From: Azolla caroliniana
Lineage: Eukaryota > Plantae > Polypodiophyta
Reading direction: 5' to 3'
DNA length: 64,000 nucleotides
NCBI GenBank assembly: GCA_043228905.1
Contig: JBHGNT010000014.1
Location: 14,198,001 to 14,262,000, forward strand
Positions 1 through 12,800 of the stretch are shown piece by piece (position 1 is the stretch's first letter; each line of letters opens with the position of its first letter). The notes beneath the pieces were generated by a model. That model was not told the origin of the DNA. It was given only the letters and a program-made list of their open reading frames with translations, and made no database searches. A program made the position numbers and the translations under genes.

Positions 1-1040
1 GCTCCGAACCGGTGGCAACAACGCAAGATGAAAGTGGCCAAGCGTCCTACTACGGGGTGTTTCTCAGAAGTTGAGGACACCGGTACACAGAGAAGCAGCG
101 ATGCACGATTTGGCCGGGCAAGGGCCAACGCCGCGTGCATGGGAAGTAACTAGAGTTCGGCACAGGTAGTGCCGAACACGGGAAGGGGATGTGCGGCACA
201 CAGAGGTGCCTGAGTGGGAATACACGCGTGAAGATGGGTTGCCGGTCTAGGTGATCTCACGTACAAGACCGGAGAGGGATCCTCCACACTGGTTCCGGAG
301 ACCTTGGCAGTTCGGTCGTCGTGGCAACGTAAGACCAAGGAGAAGGTAGGTGGCGGCGAGGGGACGAAGGCAATGGAGATCAACGCGGAACGACAATTGG
401 GACGACGCGAAGGTCGACGGAGGCCAAGCAGGCCATCACAAGTGCGGGTGTGGTCTTTGGACGGGGGGCACCGCATATCCGAAGGAACAAGAAGCGTGCA
501 TGCGGTCGAAAGAAGGGCCAACAGGGAGGCACGCGCATTACGGGATTACAGCGAATGACCTATCGACGGGTCGAACGAGCCTACGGAGAGGCAAGCATGG
601 AGAAGGAACTGGAGTTGATGGTTCGGACTGGCAAGACCAACACGGCAACCGCAATGCGGATTACAGAAGACCGGTTCCTCACCGGCTAGAATCTCCCACA
701 CTCTCCGAGCTTGGCACGTACTGGTGGACGTGCGGTTTGGTAGGGGCAGATGTCGGCGGCTTGGCAGCAAGCTGTTGTTGTAACCTAACCTACCTTGGTC
801 TGAGTCAAAGCCGAGGTTGTATCTTACTCTTGTAATTATATATATATATAAGGTTGCGCATACTCGTGTCTCTGTTGGAGTCGGGGCGTTTCTTCCCTTT
901 TGTTTCCTGTACATAAGAGGTGTGTGTGGAGTCGGTGATGCGTGCCTGCTCTCTCTCTCTCTCTCCCTCTCTCTTCCTCTCTCATGTTCAGTAGCTTCCG
1001 GTACGCGACCAGAATCGTTCTGGTTTGCGCTGCATCCGAT
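1..1040 (+). mobile_element. 3' end of a gypsy-lineage LTR element (internal tail, PPT, start of 3' LTR); right boundary uncertain
   Basis: Bases 713-750 (ggcacgtactggtggacgtgcggtttggtaggggcaga) align with the pre-PPT/PPT segments of the elements at 14400-21347 and 32021-37400. They are followed by TGTCGG at 751, then a TATA-rich and CT-rich LTR-like tract. No matching CCGACA end was found. Confidence 0.6.
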
Positions 1041-1050
1041 GCAGCTGGAA

Positions 1051-2720
1051 CTAGAGAGAAGTCGGCTTCTCGAACTCTTTTATGTGCTTTGCTTGCCTCT
1101 GTTCGCATTCGTGGGTACTATCCATTTGGTGTTTCTGGAGCTCGTAAAAAAACCGGATGCGCTCGTTTTCAGCTTCTTCGTATTTTTGCAAAAATTGACT
1201 CAACCGTACCTGTATTTCCACAAGTTCTTTGTTCAGTGATGCGATTTGCGCAGCCGCAATGTCCTGTATGGACGTAATAGACTCGGTCGCTTTTTTTTCG
1301 GTCTCCTTGAGCTCAACCGTCTGTCCTTGTAGCGCCTTCGTAACTTCAGCTTCCTTGTCCACGACTTGCTCCTTGCTTTTGATGGCCTTTGCTTGTGCAT
1401 GCTCGAAGCGTCCTTTCGCTTTTTTTGCAATGGCTTTGTGCTAGGTGATCTCCTCTTCGTCGGTTTGCACGACCGTAGTCACTAGAGCGACAAGGTGAGG
1501 CGACATGGTCTGATCGGCCATGTTGGTCCATTCGCACGCACCAGGCCGGTCCGTTTGTGGCCTGTTTGCGTCTGACCTTCCATAGTTTCAGCTCATCATC
1601 TAAAGTCGGCTCATTGTCTATTGCCCCCTCTACAACCTACTGTTCAACGTGTTCCTGGCCCATGCGGGCTGCGACAACTACTTGGAGATGAGCCAAAAAG
1701 TCAATGAGTTCGTATGAGGTGCCGTGTTGCAAAATTGCTCCGAACTCAAATGCCTCGCCTGGAAGATTGCGGAAAGTTAAGACTTCATCCTCCGAAAATC
1801 GTGATTGCTAGCCTTGCTCAAAAGGTCTTTTGGGATCCAACATGGTGGTTGTCACGATCGCGAGAGCTTCCTTCGGGATGGTGACCAATTGTTTGTTGGC
1901 ATTGGTCGTTCCATCTTTACTCTGCGTGGTGCTGCTAGTGTTGGTGCGGCGGCCTTTTGCTGTTGGATCAAGTTCAAGTGATGCTTGTTTTGTACGCTCC
2001 TGTTATCGTTCGGTCTCCACTAACCGTGGGGCCTCTAGAATAGACTTTGGTTGTTCGACCTGTTTAGCTGGTTTCGAGGGTGGTGTCGGGCGGGGTGAGG
2101 GTATTACCCGTGCCAACTTATCATGATTGCGTATAGTGATGTGTCCCCATCTTCGGTCCTTTGCTCATCTTGGGTTGTAGAGAGGGCCTGGGTATCGTCA
2201 TCTTACTATTCTTCATGCAACAACTCCAACGTACATTGTCGTTTAGCGTTGGGGGTTGGACTAGGGACTACCAATGTCTGTCATGGCGGTTGTTCTTGCG
2301 GAGGGTACAACATGGCAGTGTATTGTGGTAGCACGGGTAAAAATCGTTTCCCCGATTGAAAAGAAGCGATGGCCAATCCTACACCTTCCCTGGTGATGAT
2401 CCGAGATGAAATGGGCTAGGTTCCCAAAGAATTCATTTAGACATCCATGCGTGCAATGAGCTTTTCTCGAGAGTGAAAAGTCTCTGAAATGTTGTTCCAA
2501 AGATGTGTTAATGTGGCACGTCGATATCATGCTCACCTGTCCTCTACAGATCACGCGTTGCTCGAATCATGTTGTTGGATATAGTGTTAGGGTGGATCCT
2601 TATGGCGATGGCATGAGCTTCTCGGTGGGTAGGTGCATCCAAGACGTTGAGATATCCTGAGAGGCCATTTCTGGACATCCAGGTGCTGAGTTCTTTAGAG
2701 ACTTTGAGTGGCATGGTGAG
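1051..2720 (-). pseudogene. Degraded ORF with a coiled-coil C-terminal part, probably a retroelement accessory ORF
   Basis: Fragmented minus-strand ORFs (1051-1362 is E/K/Q-rich and heptad-like; 2261-2554) with stops and frameshifts, in TE context. No recognisable domain. Confidence 0.3.
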
Positions 2721-3162
2721 GGTTGGAGACTTAGGTAAATAGGGAGAAGGTTGTGGAGAAGGAGACCAAGAGAAAGCTTGGTTAGCGAGAGTAGGTTGAG
2801 AGCAGTTCTACGTAGAAGGAGTGAAAGCTTGAGACTTCATGCAAGTGTGGCGGCTCTGGCTATTGGTGATGTTTTTGTGTGGGTGCCTCGGTTCTCGAGA
2901 CCTACCCTTGTGCCCTAGATTCACCATCTGGCCTGCCATGCTGATAGTTAAGGGCCACGCGTCATGTGATCAGTTTGCACTTGCTTTTCTCGAACATGGT
3001 TTGCAATGTAATCGATGCGTGATGCCATCGTGAGCCAGACTGGTAATTCGTTGTTCTACGAGTTCGAGCAATTGGACCAGACCCTAGTGTTCGGATTCTG
3101 ATTCCGGTAATCGTTTGACTTTTTGTATTGTAAGATAGGTACCTGGAATTCAATGGGCATTA

Positions 3163-3576
3163 TGTTGAGCGCAAGCTCAACTGGAGCCGGATCGGCTGAA
3201 TAAGCCTGAGCTAGCAAGTGAGACGGATCGGTAAGCTGTGAGCAACCAAACCGGCAAGCAACAAAGCTGATGAGTTGGATAGCCGATTAGCCGGATCCAA
3301 TCAATAACCATAAGCCTAGTATTACTGTAGACTACTAGGCAATTATAGTCTCGTAGTAAATGTCAGAGGCTCGTGTGAGCATTGAAGTACGCGGTACTTC
3401 TGTTAGTCCCACGAGGACTTGTATAAATAATGCTATTGAGCATAGTTGTAGATACAGAGTAATTATATCGTTTTTGGAATATAGCTTTTGCGTTCTGCTC
3501 TCTTTGTCTCTCCTGCGTACTCTCTGTATTCCCTACTTTCTCTATTCTCTAACGTTTCCAAAAGTAATCGTTTACA
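3163..3576 (+). repeat. 5' LTR of copia A (414 bp)
   Basis: TG..CA ends; homologous to 40353-40770 and 45498-45898. Confidence 0.95.
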
Positions 3577-3588
3577 TGGTATCAGAGC
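3577..3588 (+). promoter_or_regulatory. Primer binding site, tRNA-iMet
   Basis: TGGTATCAGAGC directly after the LTR. Confidence 0.95.
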
Positions 3589-5723
3589 GCGAGGGTTGAG
3601 AACCTCCTCTGCAACCAACAAACGCCTGAAAGCAAACCCTAATAGGTTGTAAAACAGCAGACAGGGAAGTGATGGATAGAGGGATGGCTAGCTCGCTCCC
3701 TGTGGAGAAACTCGACAGATCCAACTATGCATCTTGGTCGTATAAGATGCACCAGTACCTACTTGGGCATGGCTACTGGAGTTTCGTCAAAGGAGCCAAC
3801 GAAACAACACCTGATGCGACACATAAGGACTTCCCAGTGTGGGAACAATCGGCAAGCAGAGTGATGTATTGCTTCGCATCCAATGTCGGAGACCAGCTGC
3901 TGAGCCACATCCGAGACGCCAAGACGCCGAAGGAGGCTTGGGGGAACCTGAAGAAGGTTTTTGACACAAGCACTACAGCCCGGAAGCTGCAACTCCGACA
4001 AGAGTTGAGCGATGTATAACAGAAGGACATGTCAGTGGCGGATTACACGGCCTAGATCAAAGAGATCTGTGACTCGCTTGCTTCTATCAACGTTACCATA
4101 GAGGAAGACGAGATGGTACAGGTCTGTCTTGGGGGCCAAGCATCTAACTTCAGAGCGCTCCGAACGGCAGTGTGTACAAGGGAGAATACGCCGTCATTTT
4201 TCGACTTACATTCGATGCTCCTTGTAGGGGAGAAACACGCTGGTGCGTCAACTAGCTCACCCACTGACAACCGGATGTTGTACACGGAGGCAAATCGGTC
4301 CCGTGGGCATGTTGGACGAGCCGGGTCAGCACGCAATGGAGGCGGCCGACAAGAGCAAGAATGAAGGCACAAAGAATGTGTCGACAACAGTTCCGGGACT
4401 TCCACTAGCAGGGGGAGTTATGGCAACACCGGAAGACGACAAGAGAAGTCTGCAACGGAATGCTGGTACTGTGGCAAAAAGGGCCACAGAGAAAGCGAGT
4501 GCTGGAGAAAACGCGCCGATATGGACAAATCCGGATCCGGCAAGGCCGGCAAGGATGGCCGGAAAACCTCGCATTACGCGAAGGGATCGGGAAGATCCAA
4601 GAACGGTAACGGGCCAGCCTTGGTGATGAAGCACGAGGCGAACTCGATGAAGAACACCACTTCCAAATCACATGACGAGCCACAAAGAGTGGTTCTCCTT
4701 TTTGGAAAAACCGGATCAACCAGGAGTAGTCGAAACCGGAGACGACCCTCCTCACCCAATCGTGCACGTCGAAAAAGTTCCTTTGAGCCACGTCGGACAG
4801 AAGGGGAAGCTGATGAACGTATTACACGTTCCGACAATCACGACGAACCTGGTGTCGGTCGGACAGATCGTCGACCAGGGGATGCAGGTGCGGTTTACGC
4901 ACCTCGGGTGCTTCATCGAGGAAGAGGGCCATATTATTGCGCAAGGGCGCAGAGACGGGAGGATGTTTATTCTCGACACCAATGACGTTGGCACCTCTCT
5001 GTTTGCAAAAGGACAGAAGGCCGAATCGGACATCAACCTATGGCACAAGCGGATAGGCCACGTCAATTATCGGAGGCTTCAAGAGCTGCAAACGAAACAA
5101 GTTGTTTTCGGTTTGCCAAAGTTCAGCGGCCGGAAGGCGCAAGTATGTGAAGCCTGCCAACTCGGGAAGCAACACCGGCTTCCATTCCCTACCGAACGTA
5201 ACCGGAGCCGTAACAAGCTCGACCTAATCCATTCGGATGTGTGGGGACGGGCACAAAATGTTAGTCTTGGTGGGAGTCGATATTTCATCTCCTTCATCAA
5301 TGACTATACGCGACACACATGGATCTACCTCATTGAGCGGAAGAGTGAAGTCTTTGAGTGTTTCCGAAGTCTCCAAAGCATGGTGGAATGGGAATCGGAG
5401 AGGAAGATCAAATGCCTGCGGTTGGATGGCGGGAAAGAATACTTTTCCGGCCAATTCAACAGTTATTTGCAGCAAACGGGAATTCGGCGAGAGTTCAGTT
5501 GCAGATACACACCGCAACAGAACGGTGTCGTGAAGTACGAAAGCTTCACATTAAAAGTCTACAGTCAGATAAATACGTAACTAAAATAACATTTGATAAT
5601 GTTTTATATATAAAGATAATATTAACAACACATATGATAATATTATATATATGTAAAGAAAAATACTATATATATATATATATATATAGATAGATAAATA
5701 TATTATATTACACGAACAAGAGA

Positions 5724-5777
5724 GGACTTGAACCAATAACCCCACCCTATGACTTTCAAATCTTACCGTTTACTCTA
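5724..5777 (-). promoter_or_regulatory. tRNA-type Pol III internal promoter (A/B box) cassette 1 in solo LTR
   Basis: Minus strand: TAGAGTAAACGGT (5777-5765), 30 nt, GGTTCAAGTCC (5734-5724). Confidence 0.6.
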
Positions 5778-5859
5778 TACTAATAATATATATAAAATAA
5801 AGGATTTGCTTCATGATATAAAAATGACGTTACATGTTGTAAATTCAATAATGTTTGAG

Positions 5860-5913
5860 AGACTTGAACCCACAACCTCATATACCAAAGTCAACACACC
5901 TACCATTAGGCTA
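5860..5913 (-). promoter_or_regulatory. tRNA-type Pol III internal promoter (A/B box) cassette 2 in solo LTR
   Basis: Minus strand: TAGCCTAATGGT (5913-5902), 31 nt, GGTTCAAGTCT (5870-5860). Confidence 0.65.
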
Positions 5914-8900
5914 GGTCCTTTGTTTTTAAAACTATATTTTCATGTTATTCTTATGCCATATATTTTTTCATACATGAAAGCTCAAATGAGCGAGATGCCT
6001 ATCATGCATCACATGCATGACTTGTACCCTCCAATGCATCATATGCATGGGGGCACCTATTTAAATGGAAAAAGAGAAGATGAAAGGGGAAGAAGTATGA
6101 GATATCAATCAAATATATATTACATAAGAGATACCATAAAATAGAGAAAGAAAGGAAGAAGTTCAACTAAAAGGTGGAGCTCTAGCTTGGTGATCGTGGT
6201 GGTCAACTCTCAACAAGAGGGAGGCGGTTCGAGCCTTATCTTCATCAAAATATTGAAGTTAGATTGTTGTGGCTTGCTATCAAGAAAGAGAAGAGCAATT
6301 ATCTTGTGAGACCAAGTTTGAAGGATCAACGACGCTTATAACCACTTTTGTAACTCTTTTATCAGGAAAATTATAAATCTCTGTTATTCCTTCAAATATC
6401 ATTCAATATCCTATCTTGTCATATCTTGTTGATCTCTATTTACTTTATCTCTACTCTTTCGTCTCTTCCATCCATAATCCCAGTGATTCCTTCCTCACTT
6501 TCACGATATCTTTTCTCTACGCAATGCTACGCTTCTAGGCAAGCCACGCCACGACAACGGTGTTGCCGAGAGGAAGAACCGGTCACTTATCGATGCGGCC
6601 AAGGCAATCCTGGAGGAGAAGAGCATGCCCAAATTCTACTGGGCGGAGGCAGTTCGAATGGCTGTGTACATCCAGAACCGGATCGATGACAAGGTGTCAG
6701 CTCACGAGTTGTATTTCGGGCGGAAGCCGAATTTGAGACATCTTAAGATATTCGGTAGCATTGCATTTGTGCATGTACCAGATGAGAAGCGGAGGAAGCT
6801 AGATGAAAAATCAGTAAAATGCATCTTAGTCGGCTATGCTCAAAAGAAAAAGGGTTATAAGTGTTATAACCCCCGGAGAAAGCAGGTTCGAATTAGTCGA
6901 GATGTCGAGTTTGATGAATCAGCATCGTGGTACTCCTTACCGACTCCGACTTCCGAATCTAACCCAATGCTGGTGGATGAGGCTAGTGATCCTGAACCAG
7001 CCCAGGTAGAGGATGATGAAGCGTGGACTCAGGATGAGAGTCTGGAATCGTTCTGTTTGAGTGGGCCGAACGAGAGACTGAGTCAATTTGACCAGTCCGA
7101 TGAGGAACCGGCGAGTAGTGGAGACTCTGTCGTGCACTCCCCGCGCAAGGAACCGAGGAGATAACGGTTCATGCGCAAAGCAAAGGGGAAGAAGAAGATG
7201 CAGGAATTCGAATCTGGCAACGATGAGTCGGATCGGTGTACGTCTAACTCCAGCAAGGAGAAAGGCGGATCTTCGGCAATAAAGACTAAACTGGACAAGA
7301 AGGGCCTCAAACCGGGTAACAATGAGTTACGCCGGTCCACCCGCCAGAAGGATCCCGTCAAGCGGTACGGATACAATGAGTACATAGCGCATCACTATGC
7401 GTACATGACTAAGGTGGCGGAGGTGCGTGAGCCAAAGAGCTATGCAAAAGCAGCCAAGGACGCAAATTGGCGTGCCGCTATGGAGGAAGAAATGCGGGCA
7501 CTTGATTTCAACAAGACATGGGACCTGGTTGACCCTCCTCGTCACTGTAAACCAATCAGATACAAGTGGATATACAAAGTAAAGTACAACGACAACAGTT
7601 CAGTTAACTGGTACAAGGCCTGGTTAGTGGCGAAGGGGTATGCGCAGACCCACGGAATCGACTACAACGAGACCTTCGCTCCTGTAGCGAAGACGACGAC
7701 AGTTCGAGTGGTGTTGGCGGTTGCTGCGGCAAGGGGGTGGCATCATCATCAGATGGATGTGAAGAATGCATTTCTTCAAGGTGATCTTGAAGAAGAAGTC
7801 TTTATGACTCAGGCTCCCGGTTTTCAATCGGAGATGAACAAGTCAGCGGTATGCCGGCTGAAGAAGTTATTGTACGGCCTGAAGCAAACCCCTCGAGCTT
7901 GGAATGCGAAGATCACGCACCGGTTGCGTAAGATGGGGTTTGTAGCTTCCAAATCGGACTCTTCATTGTTCATCCAGAAAGGCTCAGCCGGTCCGGTATG
8001 TATACTGTTGTATGTTGATGATCTAGTCATCACCGGACCGGGTGTTCCAGAAATCAACCGCGTCAAGTCCCAGTTGTCGGACGCATTTGAGATGAAGGAT
8101 GTGGGGGGCCTTCATTATTTTCTAGGGATCGAGCTGATCCAAACCCCGGACGGCATATTGCTCTCACAACGACATTACGTCTTGAATATGTTGTACAAGT
8201 TCGGCATGATAGAATGCCGACCTGTATCCACACCCTTGGACCGGAACCAGAAGCTTCGTCCCAACTCTGGAACGGCCTGCAACGAGCAACGGTTCCAACA
8301 AATTGTCAGAAGATTTATTTACTTTACTATCACGCGACCCGACATCAATTATCCGGTCGGAATGATAAGTCCGTTCATGCAAAAGCCGACCGTGGAGCAC
8401 CTTTAGTGCGCGCAAAGGATATTGCGGTATGTCAACGGCACGAAGGACCAGGGACTGTTATACCGGCGTGGTATACCCGAAGAGCTCGTCGGTTACACGG
8501 ATGCTGATTGGGCCAGCGATGCATCAGATCGTTGATCAACCTCTGGTTACATGTTTTCCCTTGGTAGCGCGGTTGTTGTGTGGAGCAGCAAAAAGCAGCC
8601 AACAGTTGCTTTGTTGAGTATTGAGGTTGAGTATCAAGGTGCTACCATTGCCACCTATGAAGCCATTTGGCTTCGGCGACTGCTGCAAGACTTACGGATC
8701 GAGGTACCGACCCCAATTCCGGTCTACTACGACAACATAAGCAGCATGCAACTCACCAAGAACCCCATATTCCAAGCTCGCACAAAACACATAGAAGTGC
8801 ACTACCACTTCGTGCGTGAGCATGTCCTGAGCGGTGAGGTTGAACTTCGGTATGTTCACACGGATCGGCAAGTTGCCGACATCTTCACCAAACCACTCGC

Positions 8901-9832
8901 CTCGGACAAGTTGCAGCACTTCACCGAAATGCTTGGTGTTCAGCATCTCGACGTGCCACACTTGAGGGGGAGAACGGGCAAAGACACTGGAACGGGCAAA
9001 GGGAAAGAGACTGCCGATTGCGCCGGTGAGGGAAGAACGGAAGGCAGCAGAGTCAAGAAGGACAGAGCCGACCGAAGGAAGAAGGCCATGACCCAGACAT
9101 GGTCCGATGTGGTGAAGGGCTTGGAACCAAAAGAAGAATCGGGAGCAACCGATTCGGACAAGAGCTGGAATGAATCGGAGACAATCGATTCGGTTCAACA
9201 GACAGATTCGGAAGAACTGAATCAATTCAAGACCAAGCAGACACGGATGCGGCGGAAGTCGATGCCATCGTGGAGGAGCCGACGGATCGGCAAGCGCCGG
9301 AGTCATAGCAACGAAGGAGCTGAGAGGGGCCTATTGAGCAGACATACCAACCGAGAAGATCAAGGCGCGCAAAACAAGAGAGGTTACGGCAAACAGAACC
9401 AGACCGGACGAGGAGCGCGAGCAAGGCGGAGCAACACCAGGAGAAGTCGATTGGAAGAACCGAATGCCACAGAGACTGACACTAGGATCCAACCTCAAGT
9501 TGAGGCTTCAGGGGAAGTGTTGAGCGGCAAGCTCAACTGGAGCCGGATCGACTGAATAAGCCTGTGGCAAGGATCGTGAGCACGAGGTCGTTGCCTCCGT
9601 GAACTCACTGTTGTACATTCGAACATAGTGATAGTTTGCCGCCTGTGGGCTGCCGTGATTTTTCCCTTAGTTTGGGTTTTCCACGTAAACATCCTGCATA
9701 CTCGTCTCTTCTTCGTGTCGTTCATTATTTCCCGTTTTCTGTGTATGATTCTAAACTCGGTTGTGGCCGAGCGTTGCGTATACGGAGCGTGAAGTTCTTG
9801 TCAAGTGGTATGAGAGCGAAACGACACAGAAA

Positions 9833-12800
9833 ATGGACGAATCGTTTGGCAGCATGTTAAGGCTCACCGGCTCCAACTATTCGGTGTGGAAGTTGAAGAT
9901 GAGGGACATGCTCGTGGTTAAAGACCTCTGGCTGCCGATTCAGTTCGGGGACAAGAGACCGGACAAAATCGACACCACGATATGGGAGGTGATGCACATG
10001 AAGACAACGGCGTACATACGGTGCTTCATCGACATGAGCCTGTACAACAACGTCAATGAAGAGAGCAAGGCTCATGAGCTCTGGGAGAAGATCGGCATTA
10101 TGTTTCAAGACAAAAATGTTATTAATCAGGTTTCGGTATTTCGGAAGCTAGTACGACTCCGGTACCAAGATGGCTCTAGCATGGCGGAGCACATGAATGC
10201 CTTCCAGGGGCTGATCCACCAGGCAACATCATTGGAGGTACCTCTCGCCGATGAGGTACTAGCACTACTCCTGCTCGGTTCCCTCCCAGATAGCTGGGAG
10301 ACGTTGGTTGTCACCTTGGGCAACGCCGGGCAGGAAGGGAAACGGTTATCCCTAGCAAGAGTAAAGTCGAGCTTGCTAGATGAGAAGGCGCGTCGGAAAG
10401 ATAAAGATATGAGCTCCGACTCCAAAGCGCTACTTATTGAATTGGAACGCAGAAGACAAAGAAACCGTAGTCCCCAGAACCGGGAAAAGTCGGGGACACG
10501 GTCAAAGTCAAGGGGGAGACCTACTTGCTTCTATTGTGGCAAGCCGGGACACTTCCAGAAGAACTGTCGGCATTTCCGAAAGGACAAGGAAACCGACGGT
10601 ACCGATTCGAAGCGGATACCGGACCGGAACGGTAAAGACCGGAGGGGACCGGACCGAAAGGGGACCACGGAAATCGTGGCAAGTGAAGAAGAGTTGATGC
10701 TCATCACCGAGGAGAGTGAGATAAACCTTGCCGGCGACGAGATGACCTGGGTGGTAGACTCCGGAGCGTCGTTCCACCTTACCCCGGACCGGAAATGCTT
10801 CTCATCCTACTCAGTCGGTGATCACGGATGTGTCCGGATGGGGAATGAAGGTACATGCCGAATTGTCGGCATAGGAGACGTGTGGCTGACAACACCAACC
10901 GGATGCAAGTTGCTGTTGAAGGATGTCCGACACGTTCCGGAGCTTCGTCTGAACCTGATATCAGCCGGTCGGCTAGATGATGAAGGTTACACGGGTAGCA
11001 TCCGGAATGGTGTCATGAAGTTTAGCAAAGGGAGCTTGATTATGGCTCAGGCCCGGAAGGTCAACACATTGTACCTGATGAATGCCCAGTTATGTCCGGA
11101 AGAATTGAACGTAGCATCCGACACTGCCGGTGAGTTGTGCCACAAGAGGCTGTGTCATATGAGCAAGAAGGGGATGAAGAGGCTTGTAGAAGACAACCTC
11201 ATTCCAGTGAAGAACGTGCACTTGGAGAACTGCACTGATTGTCTGGCCGGTAAGCAAAACCGGACCTCCTTCCGACCAAGGCCACCGATGAGACGTAATG
11301 CACCACTGGAGTTGGTGCATACGGATGCGTGTCAAGTAGACACAAAGGCACATGCCGGAGCACAGTACTTAGTGACATTCATAGATGACCACAGCCGGAA
11401 GCTGTGGGCCACGCCGTTGAAGACGAAGGATCGGGTGTTATCCGTCTTCAAAGAGCTCCACGCGAGAGTGGAAAGAGAAACCGGCCAGAAGCTGAAGGCG
11501 GTTCGAGTAGATAACGGAGGAGAATACCGGGGGCAGTTCGAGGAGTACTGCCGCTCGAAGGGAATCCGGCTTGAATTTACCGTGCCGAAGACGCCGGAAC
11601 TAAACGGGTTGGCCGAGAGGATGAACCGGACCATAATGGAGAGGGTCCGGAGTATGCTAGCACATGCAAAACTACCCAAGAAGTTTTGGGCTGAGGCACT
11701 ATCGACAGCGACATACTTGATAAACAGATCACCCTCATTACCCTTGGACGGAGACACACCATAGAGAGTCTGGACCGGTAAGGAAGTATCCTACCGGCAT
11801 CTGAAGGTGTTCGGGTGTCTCGCGTACGTGCATGTAGCTAAGGACCGGCGAGGAAAGTTAGATCCAAAGACCCGGCCATGCATATTCCTCGGTTACGGTG
11901 ACGATGAGTTCGGCTACCGAGTGTGGGACCTGGTCGACAAGAAGGTATTCTAGAGTCGAGATATTATCTTCATGGAGGATAAGACGCTTGCCGACTGGGA
12001 GTCGGAGAAGAAGATAATGAACTCCGAGTCGACCGGTAAGGATAAACTCTACAATGAACAGACCCAACCGGCAAGAGACCGGTTAGCACTCGAGGACCCA
12101 GCCGGTTACGGTGAGGATATTGAACCGGCAAAAGAAGAAGTAGAGGAAGTTGAAACCGGAACCGGCCAAGACCCTGAATCGGATTCGGATGAAGAGCAAA
12201 TGGAGGAGCCGGTTGCCGAAGCCCGAAGACGGAGATATCCTCTCAGAGAGAGAAGGGCGCCCCGGAGATTTCCGGATGAAGAGCATGTTCTGCTGACCGA
12301 TGAGGGGGAGCCGGAAAGCTTCGAAGAAGCGAAGGATGACACCCACAGCCGCAAATGGTTAAGTGCCATGCAGGATGAGATGGATTCCCTGCATGAGAAT
12401 CATATGTACGAATTGGTGGAGTTGCCGAAAGGAAAGCGGGCACTCCGAAACAAGTGCTTGTACAAGTTGAAACCGGGAGATGCCGGCAACCCCCCGAGAT
12501 ACAAAGCCAGAATCGTGGTGAAGGGATTCCAGCAGAAAAAGGGCGTGGACTTTGACAAGATATTTGCCCCGGTAGTAAAGATGACCTCCATCCGGACGGT
12601 GCTGAGTATAGCGGCAAGCATGGACCTCGAGGTAGAACAGTTGAACGTGAAGACGACATTCCTTCACGGTGACCTCGAAGAGGAGATCTACATGCAGCAA
12701 CCGGAGGGATTTGTGGAGAAAGGGAAGGAGCACCTGGTATGCCGGCTCAAGAAGAGCCTGTACGAACTAAAGCAGGCTCCCCGGCAATGGTACCGGAAGT

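Larger units (their letters stand above)
5526..6556 (+). mobile_element. Solo LTR (1031 bp) of the Trp-primed gypsy lineage inserted in the copia A integrase
   Basis: Ends TGTCGTG..CACGACA form a 7-bp inverted repeat. 4-bp TSD ACGG at 5522-5525 and 6557-6560. Removing it restores the QQNG|VAERKN integrase sequence. Its first 10 nt (TGTCGTGAAG) equal the start of the gypsy LTR at 15019 (minus strand). Orientation inferred by analogy. Confidence 0.88.
3669..9555 (+). pseudogene. Copia A gag-pol pseudogene
   Basis: gag (EKLDRSNYASW), integrase (LWHKRIGH, CEACQLGK, HSDVWG), RT (QMDVKNAFL, LYVDDL), RNase H (KHIEVHYHFVRE, ADIFTKPL). Several stops. The protease active-site segment is deleted near 4670 relative to E, and a solo LTR interrupts it at 5526. 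Confidence 0.95.
3163..9564 (+). mobile_element. Ty1/copia LTR retrotransposon A (decayed, 3' LTR truncated)
   Basis: 5' LTR TGTTGAGC..TTTACA at 3163-3576, PBS at 3577, gag-INT-RT-RH order. The 3' LTR starts at 9518 and is cut at 9564. Same family as element E. Confidence 0.95.
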
